Sequence record: NC_070966.1 | Length of the DNA stretch: 64,000 nt | Strand: one strand, 5' to 3' | In this document: in pieces, positions 15,759 through 23,088 of the stretch | How the letters are laid out: the number at the start of each line of letters is the position of its first letter | How positions within the stretch are numbered: position 1 is the first letter of the stretch | Made by a program: the position numbers and the translations under genes | The notes under the pieces: generated by a model | The model's database searches: none | What the model saw: only the letters and a program-made list of their open reading frames with translations | What the model was told of the DNA's origin: nothing

Positions 15759-15896
15759 ATCCTTATCTCATCCACCAACCTCGGTGTAAGAGTGGAAAGA
15801 GTTACGTGATCGTATGAGAATACGATCACAGTCATTTAGGTCATGTACCATGTGTACAAGGATCATTCGAAGGTGCTCGTCATCTTCAGCAAATAA

Positions 15897-16040
15897 TGTA
15901 GAGTTGCGAATATATCAAGTTCATCGCTTACCATATACCAAGCGGGTAGCTCAGTGGTTAGAGCACTAGGATGTAACAGTCGTAGAGGTCGTCGGTTCGA
16001 ATCCGACTCTAACTTCTTGATATAGACTTATCTCTCTACA
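15897..16040 (+). ncRNA. Y-RNA-like unit 5 (tRNA arms in normal D-anticodon-T order)
   Basis: TGTAGAG-TTGCGA...TATCT-CTCTACA; TATATCAAG/CTTGATATA; D arm TAGCTCAGTGGTTAGAGC precedes T arm GTCGG-TTCGAAT-CCGAC. Confidence 0.75.
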
Positions 16041-16049
16041 ACTTTTATA

Positions 16050-16184
16050 TGTACTGTTGCGACTAATACGGTTACTTCGTTGCAAATGAAACATAGGTTC
16101 GAATCCTATCCAGAGGATTGTCGTAAGATGACATCTGGCTGAGCATTGGTGAGCTCATCTCCGTATTAACTACATCTCAGTACA
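16050..16184 (+). ncRNA. Y-RNA-like unit 6 (permuted tRNA-Cys-like module)
   Basis: TGTACTG-TTGCGA...CATCT-CAGTACA; TAATACGG/CCGTATTA; loop TTGCAAA; ATAGG-TTCGAAT-CCTAT, CCAGA/TCTGG, TGAGC/GCTCA. Confidence 0.78.
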
Positions 16185-16195
16185 ATTACAATTCG

Positions 16196-16350
16196 TACCG
16201 TTGCGAATGATATGAATACATCGCTGTAGAACCGACGTCGTAAGACATGCTAGTTCAAGTCTAGCTCTCCGTCCCAATACTATGACGGAGATGGTGAAAT
16301 TGGTAGACACATCGGTAGATAAATCTTCATATCGGCTTACAATCTCGGTA
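16196..16350 (+). ncRNA. Y-RNA-like unit 7 (permuted type-II tRNA-Tyr-like module)
   Basis: TACCG-TTGCGA...AATCT-CGGTA; TGATATGAA/TTCATATCG; CTGTAGA, variable arm, GCTAG-TTCAAGT-CTAGC, TCTCCGTC/GACGGAGA, TGGTGAAATTGGTAGACAC. Confidence 0.8.
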
Positions 16351-16360
16351 TATCTTAGAC

Positions 16361-16385
16361 GCTATGTTGCGATAGTCCTCATAGC
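16361..16385 (+). promoter_or_regulatory. minimal Y-stem hairpin in the Ro60 5' leader
   Basis: GCTATG-TTGCGA-TAGTCCT-CATAGC, ending 20 nt before the Ro60 ATG. Confidence 0.55.
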
Positions 16386-16405
16386 ATTATCATAGGGAAA
16401 ATGTC

Positions 16406-17974
16406 ATGGCTTCGATCAATAATAAGTCAGTTGCTAATCTTGCACGTACGGTTGCTCCTAAGGCAGTTGTAGCACCTCGTACATTCACTGGTTTATCTCA
16501 TAACATTCGTAACAATAATGGTGCGATGGCGTATGATATCACTCCTATCGAGCAATTGAGACGTACTGTTCTCTCTTGCATGCTCTGGGAGGATTCTGCA
16601 TATGAGTCTGGTGAACAGATTGCTAATCGTATTGAAAGATTGATCGGAGAGTGTGATCCCTCTGATGTAGCACATCTTGCTCGTGAAGCAAGACATATCA
16701 TGAAGCTACGTCATGTTCCTCTCTTTATGTGCATCACGATGCTGAAGTATCCCGAACATAAGAAATATGTTCGTAAGACACTCGCATCAGTTATTGAGCG
16801 TCCTGATGAGCTTGGTCAAGCTCTCGCTCTCTACTGGAAGGATGCTCTTTCTCCTGCTCGTACTACTGAAGATACTGAAATCGGACCTCGAGTTACTTAC
16901 GTTTCTCAGAGAAAGTCTGATCTGAATCTTCCTCTCCAACTACGTAGAGGTCTTGAAGATGCTCTACAGAAGTTTGACTCTTATCAGTTGAAGAAGTACC
17001 TTATGAAGGACAAGCCTGTCTCTATGGCTGACATTCTTCGTATCGTCCACCCTAAGGGTAAGACTGATGAGATCAAAGCTACCTATGGCGAAATCGTCAA
17101 GGGTACTGCTACTGCACCTGATACATGGGAGTCTCGTCTCTCATCTTCTGGTAGATCTGAGAAAGCTACAATCTTCACAGATATGCTCGAACGTAACAAA
17201 TTAGGTGCAATGGCTCTACTGAAGAATCTGCGTGGTATGACTGAGGCTGGTGTTGATACCAATCTTATTAATACTGCGATTCAGAAGATGAATACTGAAC
17301 GTGTTCTTCCTTTCAGATTCCTCACAGCTGCTCGTCATGCTCCTCAGTTCAAGTCTAGTCTCGGTGAGGCTATGCTAAAATCTCTGAAGGACATTCAGAA
17401 TCTGCCTGGTCATACAGTACTACTGATTGACATCTCAGGTAGTATGGGTGGACGTATTTCAGGTAAGTCTGATCTGAGACGTATTGATGCTGCAGCTGCT
17501 ATTGCTATCATGTTGAAGGAAATTTGTCAGTCTTCTGATATGTTTGTCTTCAATTATGGTACGTATCAAGTACGTAACGATAACGTCTTCTGCGTGAATC
17601 AACCTACTGCTAACAATCACGGATACTCCAGGATTGTTGAGAGTACGAGGATCTACAATTACGAAGAAGATGCTGTAGTGAAGAGAGGATTTGATCTATC
17701 AGATCTTATCGTCAATTCAGTAGTTGGTGGAACTGATCTCCAGCAAGCTGTCAGTTATATCAATAATACTGTAGAGTATGATCGTATGATTATCTTTACA
17801 GATGACGAATCATCTACTGTTCCGCCAGCTCCTAGAGATCTTTCCTATTCGATCAACGTATCGACTGGAAACTATGGAGTGACGTACGGTGACTATGTCC
17901 ACATCAACGGATTCTCTGAAGGTGTGATTGGCTATGTCACTGAGTACGATAAGTACGTGAAGAGTCAGAATTAA
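16406..17974 (+). CDS. rsr: Ro60/Rsr ribonucleoprotein (TROVE domain plus vWA)
   Basis: N-terminal 'NNNGAMAY...EQLRRTVLSCMLWEDSAYESG', 'LKLRHVP', 'PDTWESRLS', 'ALLKNLRGM', 'RVLPFRFLTA'; vWA 'LIDISGSM...GGTD...IIFTDDES'. Confidence 0.92.
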   Translation: MASINNKSVANLARTVAPKAVVAPRTFTGLSHNIRNNNGAMAYDITPIEQLRRTVLSCMLWEDSAYESGEQIANRIERLIGECDPSDVAHLAREARHIMKLRHVPLFMCITMLKYPEHKKYVRKTLASVIERPDELGQALALYWKDALSPARTTEDTEIGPRVTYVSQRKSDLNLPLQLRRGLEDALQKFDSYQLKKYLMKDKPVSMADILRIVHPKGKTDEIKATYGEIVKGTATAPDTWESRLSSSGRSEKATIFTDMLERNKLGAMALLKNLRGMTEAGVDTNLINTAIQKMNTERVLPFRFLTAARHAPQFKSSLGEAMLKSLKDIQNLPGHTVLLIDISGSMGGRISGKSDLRRIDAAAAIAIMLKEICQSSDMFVFNYGTYQVRNDNVFCVNQPTANNHGYSRIVESTRIYNYEEDAVVKRGFDLSDLIVNSVVGGTDLQQAVSYINNTVEYDRMIIFTDDESSTVPPAPRDLSYSINVSTGNYGVTYGDYVHINGFSEGVIGYVTEYDKYVKSQN

Positions 17975-17981
17975 GTAGTGA

Positions 17982-18009
17982 GAATTGGGAGTGAAATACC
18001 TCCCAATTC
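17982..18009 (+). terminator. stem-loop after Ro60 (terminator or processing site)
   Basis: GAATTGGGAG-TGAAATAC-CTCCCAATTC; weak U tract. Confidence 0.45.
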
Positions 18010-18022
18010 CATTTATCTAAAT

Positions 18023-18106
18023 GCCCACTTGTCGGAATTGGTAGACGACCGAGACTTAAAATCTTGTGCCTATGGCGTACCGGTTCGAGTCCGGTAGTGG
18101 GTACCA
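18023..18106 (+). tRNA. tRNA-Leu(TAA)
   Basis: GCCCACT/AGTGGGT-ACCA; loop CTTAAAA. Confidence 0.95.
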
Positions 18107-18224
18107 TCAAACTCAACCCCAAAATCACCTAGCCAAACTCATTATAAATCATAGGCTTCATGAAGAGACCGATGTATCAGATAAGCTAACAAGCTATCTT
18201 GATTTCGTAGAAGGGATTCTCAAC

Positions 18225-18398
18225 ATGCCTAGTCTTGACTTTGCACAGATAGTACCTGTTGAAGCGACTATTCTGAAAATTGTAGTCATGCCAAAGGATG
18301 GGACTTGTTCAGTCTGGTATAGTATTCGCAACACTGTACATAAGACTGATCTAATCAGAGAAGAAGACAAATGGACGAGAGTAGTAACAGTACATTAG
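18225..18398 (+). CDS. small hypothetical protein (start moved from 18066, which lies within tRNA-Leu)
   Basis: SD 'gaaggga' before the ATG at 18225. Confidence 0.5.
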   Translation: MPSLDFAQIVPVEATILKIVVMPKDGTCSVWYSIRNTVHKTDLIREEDKWTRVVTVH

Positions 18399-18622
18399 AT
18401 GAGTTAGATATCCGTATCTGGATTGCCCTATCTAACTTAAAAAGTGCTGTTAATGCTAAAATGAAAGATAGAGGTATATCAAACTATCTTGTTGATCTGA
18501 ACCTTAAGATCAGCGAACGAGATATTTTGACAGACGGAAAATTTCACTCTGAATTTCCCATACCTGACTACAAAGATATTGATCCTCAAATCCTGAGCGT
18601 TTACATGAGCGAGGATCGTTAG
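18371..18622 (+). CDS. hypothetical protein
   Basis: Overlaps the previous ORF end; followed by a terminator. Confidence 0.6.
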   Translation: MDESSNSTLDELDIRIWIALSNLKSAVNAKMKDRGISNYLVDLNLKISERDILTDGKFHSEFPIPDYKDIDPQILSVYMSEDR

Positions 18623-18650
18623 TCAATTAGTCAATGTATTGTAATGAATT

Positions 18651-18701
18651 AGCCTAGTTAATATTGATTCTTCGAATTAGTATTAACTAGGCTTTCTTTT
18701 T
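18651..18701 (+). terminator. intrinsic terminator ending the tRNA island
   Basis: AGCCTAGTTAATA...TATTAACTAGGCT followed by TTCTTTTT. Confidence 0.8.
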
Positions 18702-18767
18702 GTCCGATAGGTTCAGTTACGCATTATAAGGGATTCCTCCTTGAAGGTTCCCTCTTGGAGAAGTTAG

Positions 18768-20666
18768 ATGCTAGAATTTGCAGGTAAGTATGAGGATCTG
18801 AAGGGTATCATACCCTCATCTGTTCATACAATCGAGGATCTGGAGAATCAGGTCATCGCATGGGCTAAGGCCTATTACGAGAAAGAATCAGAGTTGATCT
18901 CTGATGAAGAATTCAATCTCGTTACGGAGTATATTGCAGAATTCTACCCTAATAGTCTCGTTCTGAAGACTGGATGGGGCTATAGACCTGAGGCTACTGA
19001 CCATCTTCAGGAGTATCCTCACAAGATTCACGCTGGATCTCTCGCTAAGATCAAGTATGCGGACGTTAAGTCTGGTAATACGACTTATGATCCTCTGTTA
19101 CGATTCTCTCTGATGCCTAAGGGTGATGGAGGTAGTGTCGTTGCATACTACCACGAAGGCCTCCTGGAAAGAGCTTTGTCTCGAGGAGATGGAAATGTAG
19201 GTCTCGATATTACCAAAAATCTGGTAGCATCTGGATCTCTTCCTACCAAGATCGAGAACAAGAATATCGAATGGGTACGAGCAGAATTGATGCTCACCTG
19301 GACTGACTATGAAGCTATCGGGGGTAAGCATCCTCGTAACAAGGCAGTAGGTCTTAGCCAGTCTGAGAATGCTGATCCTGAAGAACTGGCATGCTTGAAG
19401 TTCGTAGCTTACCAGTCTAATCTGGACTTCGACTTCGGTATGGAATTGACTCTTCTCAGGAATCTTGGATTCACTACTGTCAATCATGTTGAGATGAACT
19501 GGTCTGAATTTCTTCAGAAGATTGACGATCAAGTATTCCTGAAATTGTTGAATGAGGATTATCCGACGGATGGTCTTGTTCTTCGATTCAGTGACGATGC
19601 TGCAATCGCATTCAAGTTTCCTGATGAACGAGTTAAGACCAAGATCAAAGACATTGAATGGAATCTGTCAAGAACTGGTCGTATGGTTCCTAAGGCAATC
19701 TTAGAACCTGTCAATCTTGCAGGAGCTACAATCTCCAGAGCGACCTTGAATAACTATGAATACTTGACTGAACTCGGATGCGGTCCAGGATCTGAAGTTG
19801 AGATCATCCGATCTAATCTGATTATCCCTAAGATTGTGAAGGTTCTGAATAAGGAACCTGCAAGACGACCACTTGTATGCAACAGGTGCTATGAAGTACT
19901 GAAGGTCGTAAAGACTGATTTGATGTGCGTCAATGAGATGTGCGCATGTCGAGTTATGTCGTCAGTCAATCGTCTCTTCTCATTGACGAAACCTGATGGT
20001 ATCGGTGGTAGTGCTTGTACGACTCTCGTTAATAGTCTTGCAATCGATAGTTGGGAGACTGCTAAGTCAAGATTCATAGATCAAGACGTGAGTGGTTTGG
20101 ATAAGATCTTCGGTACCAAGACTGAGATTAAGATTCAAGAAATGATCTCGAAGATCAAGAATCTGAATCAGATAATCACTGTCAAGGGTGTACTTTATCT
20201 CGCGAATATTCCTAAGCTTGGTAACTCAAGTATAGGTCCTATCGCTGAGAATGTCTCAGTGGATGCATTCTTGACTGCTATCCGTGAAGATGAGATTCCT
20301 GTTTCATGGAAGCAATACTGTGCATCTGAGCCAGCATTCAACAATCTTCGTAAGTCGATTCAACGAATTCGACTGATATTAGACTTCCTTAATTGGAAGG
20401 TTAATGCTGTAGTGAAAGTCGAGAAAGTAGAAACTCGTCTGAAGTACTGCATGACTGGAACATTCAGTAAGAAGAGATCTGAGCTACAAACTGAGTTCTC
20501 TAAGTTAGGTCTTGAATTCGTCGATGTCAAGAAAGCTCAAGTCTTGATGTGGGATGGAGAAGATCAGAAGAATAAGTATCATACTGCCAAGAAGCTCGGG
20601 ATTGAGATTATCTCCGAGAAGGAATTCAGAAGTCGATATGTCCAATCAGAAGAAGCCATCGTATAA
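18768..20666 (+). CDS. ligA: NAD-dependent DNA ligase
   Basis: KxDG (PKGDG), 'ALSRGDGNVG', 'PTDGLV', 'AIAFKF', OB fold 'SRTGRMVPKAILEPVNLAGATISRATLNN', Cys zinc finger, C-terminal BRCT. Confidence 0.95.
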   Translation: MLEFAGKYEDLKGIIPSSVHTIEDLENQVIAWAKAYYEKESELISDEEFNLVTEYIAEFYPNSLVLKTGWGYRPEATDHLQEYPHKIHAGSLAKIKYADVKSGNTTYDPLLRFSLMPKGDGGSVVAYYHEGLLERALSRGDGNVGLDITKNLVASGSLPTKIENKNIEWVRAELMLTWTDYEAIGGKHPRNKAVGLSQSENADPEELACLKFVAYQSNLDFDFGMELTLLRNLGFTTVNHVEMNWSEFLQKIDDQVFLKLLNEDYPTDGLVLRFSDDAAIAFKFPDERVKTKIKDIEWNLSRTGRMVPKAILEPVNLAGATISRATLNNYEYLTELGCGPGSEVEIIRSNLIIPKIVKVLNKEPARRPLVCNRCYEVLKVVKTDLMCVNEMCACRVMSSVNRLFSLTKPDGIGGSACTTLVNSLAIDSWETAKSRFIDQDVSGLDKIFGTKTEIKIQEMISKIKNLNQIITVKGVLYLANIPKLGNSSIGPIAENVSVDAFLTAIREDEIPVSWKQYCASEPAFNNLRKSIQRIRLILDFLNWKVNAVVKVEKVETRLKYCMTGTFSKKRSELQTEFSKLGLEFVDVKKAQVLMWDGEDQKNKYHTAKKLGIEIISEKEFRSRYVQSEEAIV

Positions 20667-21582
20667 AAAGACTTATGAGATTCTAGATCCTAATGATCCT
20701 CCTACTCTAGCTAAAGAGACGGAGGATCATTATGTATTCTATTGTCCTAATTGTGTTGAGAAGAGAGGAAAGCCTGACAAAGACGGTAGGCTTTATTGGA
20801 GTAAACCTAAGCAGGTAGGTTATTGCTTCAAATGTGTCACTTCATTCTTTCCTGCAGCAGATGAGAATCTTACTCCTGAGGAGAATGAGCTCTTCCATAT
20901 GATTGGACGGACTCTTTCAAAGATGGATAAGGATGAGTCGATCGTCGACCCTCCTCCTATGGACTTCTCATTCGATGCCCTGGATTACGATCTTCTTACT
21001 TATTTGAAGAATCGTAATCCATTTTTGCCGTCTCTAGTGAAATTGCTCGGATGTAGAGCATGGTATGGCAAGATTAATGGTGTAGCATTTCCATTTATCT
21101 ATAAAGATTACGTAGGTAAATTCCAGGTCCGATTTGATACCAAGATCAAGGATAAGAGATATTATACATCTCCTGGCAAGGACAAGCTACCGTATTCTCC
21201 TACAGGTCTGTTCACTGACTTCAAGTTGAGAGATGAACCTACCATCACAATCTGTGAAGGTGTATTCGATGCCATTGCATTGATGATTCTTGGTTATCCT
21301 AATCCAATCGCTGTTCTAGGTAAAACATTGACAGCATTCCAAATCAGATTATTGAGAACTATGATGCCATCTAATGCATTCGTAGTAATGGATGATTGGG
21401 AAATCTCAAAGGCTATTAAAGGTCAATTGATGAGCAATGTGATCTCGATGGAAGACGTCAGAATTGTTTCGTATGGAGATGACGTGGATCCTGAAGAGTA
21501 TCTAGTTGAAGAGATTAAGGATCCTGAGAAATTTAAGATATATGCTGGAAATGTTGCAGAGATTATAAGAACTTATTCGTAA
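20638..21582 (+). CDS. DNA primase (zinc finger plus TOPRIM); start moved to 20638
   Basis: CPNC...CFKC; 'ITICEGVFDAI', 'VVMDDW'. Confidence 0.8.
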   Translation: MSNQKKPSYKKTYEILDPNDPPTLAKETEDHYVFYCPNCVEKRGKPDKDGRLYWSKPKQVGYCFKCVTSFFPAADENLTPEENELFHMIGRTLSKMDKDESIVDPPPMDFSFDALDYDLLTYLKNRNPFLPSLVKLLGCRAWYGKINGVAFPFIYKDYVGKFQVRFDTKIKDKRYYTSPGKDKLPYSPTGLFTDFKLRDEPTITICEGVFDAIALMILGYPNPIAVLGKTLTAFQIRLLRTMMPSNAFVVMDDWEISKAIKGQLMSNVISMEDVRIVSYGDDVDPEEYLVEEIKDPEKFKIYAGNVAEIIRTYS

Positions 21583-22292
21583 TGAAGTTTAATATTATTG
21601 AGACTAAAATCCAAGGATATCTAAGGAAGGGATCTCTCCTTTTGACTAAGGAAGATCTCAATATTAACATCAAGCGTCATACACGTGCTCACTACGTAGG
21701 CATTTCGACAATCTCAGGATGTGCTCGAATGCTATGGATGAAGTACTTTCATCCTAATTTGATCAAATGGCCTGATAATTCAGCTAGTGATCATAAGAGT
21801 GTCCGAATCTTCGACATGGGACATATTTGTGAGTGGATTACTGTTAGATGCTTAGAATTAGGTGGTGCCACGATCACCGGTGCTCAAGATACCTACGAAG
21901 AATTCGGTATCTTTAAAGGTCATCCAGATGCGACTATTGATGGTAACCTAACAGGTGAAATCAAGTCAATGAATGATAATCATTTCCAACATTTTGTTGA
22001 ACAAGGTGTCAAGAAGAGTCATTGGGGATATTATGTCCAAACTCAGATGTATGAATATTACTCTGGAACTCATGACGGATGCTTGATAGCTACCAATAAA
22101 AATACTGGTGAGATGAAATGTGAGCACGTTCCTTATGATGAAGCAGTTGTAGAGCACCATCGTCAAAAAGCTAAGCATATTTCAGAGACTAAACATTTCT
22201 GGGATATTGATAAAGAGTTTATAGCACAAGATTTGAATAGCTGCTCATTTTGTCCTCTCAGAAAATTATGTCATGGAGACAAGCAATGGTGA
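21582..22292 (+). CDS. Cas4-like PD-(D/E)XK exonuclease
   Basis: One N-terminal Cys (SGCAR) plus three C-terminal Cys (CSFCPLRKLC); 'GHPDA...GEIKS', 'YVQTQMY'. Confidence 0.8.
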   Translation: MKFNIIETKIQGYLRKGSLLLTKEDLNINIKRHTRAHYVGISTISGCARMLWMKYFHPNLIKWPDNSASDHKSVRIFDMGHICEWITVRCLELGGATITGAQDTYEEFGIFKGHPDATIDGNLTGEIKSMNDNHFQHFVEQGVKKSHWGYYVQTQMYEYYSGTHDGCLIATNKNTGEMKCEHVPYDEAVVEHHRQKAKHISETKHFWDIDKEFIAQDLNSCSFCPLRKLCHGDKQW

Positions 22293-22591
22293 CAAAGATT
22301 GTTAACATGCATAAGGATCGTCACTTTGATATCGACATTACTCGAAATGGAATGTACGGTAATCCATTTATGATAGGTCGAGATGGTGATCGTGTCCAGG
22401 TCATCAATAAATTTAGAGACTGGATCAAAGGAATTAGTTGTCAAGAAGTGGAGCCAATTCGACGTAGAAGCATAGTTGAAAGCCTTCCTTCTATGAAGGA
22501 TAAGGTACTAGGATGTGTATGTTCTCCTAATCCTTGTCATGGTGATGTTTATGTGGATTTCATTGAAGGAGTTGAAGAGATAATATGTTGA
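22286..22591 (+). CDS. DUF4326-like protein
   Basis: 'DIDITRNGMYGNPF..GRDGDR..VI.KF...LGCVCSPNPCHGDV'; second ATG chosen as start. Confidence 0.8.
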   Translation: MVTKIVNMHKDRHFDIDITRNGMYGNPFMIGRDGDRVQVINKFRDWIKGISCQEVEPIRRRSIVESLPSMKDKVLGCVCSPNPCHGDVYVDFIEGVEEIIC

Positions 22592-23088
22592 AATGGCGTA
22601 AGAGATTCCTCAGGTTGGCTAGAGAAGTCGCATCCTGGAGTAAAGATCCTTCGACTAAAGTTGGATGTGTAGTAGTCGATCCTAAGACTAAGAAGATTAT
22701 CTCACTCTCATACAATGGATTTCCTCGCAATCATCCTGACGATGAAGAGTTGTACAAAGACCGACAGTATAAGCTTGATAATATTATCCATGCAGAGATG
22801 AATTCGGTCATCGGTAATGATGTCAACGGGATGGATTTATATGTCTGGCCATTCTTCTGTTGTTCAAATTGTGCTAAACATGTAGTTCAATCAGGTATTA
22901 AGATGGTATGTTCATCTAATCTTACACCTGAAAGATGGATAGATGATCTTAACAAATCTAAGAGTATATTTGAAACTAGTGAAGTTGAATATATTATCTT
23001 CAAAGATAAATTCCTAGATATGTCCGAAGATGAGATAGAAATCGAAGTCATAGTAGATGAAGGTTATATTAAACCTGCAAGTTGGTAA
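22585..23088 (+). CDS. dCMP deaminase
   Basis: 'SKDPSTKVGCVVV', 'YNGFPR', 'HAEMN', 'CCSNCAK'. Confidence 0.88.
   Translation: MLKWRKRFLRLAREVASWSKDPSTKVGCVVVDPKTKKIISLSYNGFPRNHPDDEELYKDRQYKLDNIIHAEMNSVIGNDVNGMDLYVWPFFCCSNCAKHVVQSGIKMVCSSNLTPERWIDDLNKSKSIFETSEVEYIIFKDKFLDMSEDEIEIEVIVDEGYIKPASW

Noticed and set aside
15224-16385. CRISPR array (recurring short motif with unique intervening sequence; Cas4-like gene in the window)
   Set aside because: The conserved parts are only 6-7 nt, the intervening sequences are self-complementary tRNA-like structures of 55-140 nt, and there is no cas1/cas2 or effector.
5659-18150. T4-late-like TTATAAA promoter boxes (5659, 11909, 13649, 18143)
   Set aside because: Too short and AT-rich to distinguish from background without transcription start data.
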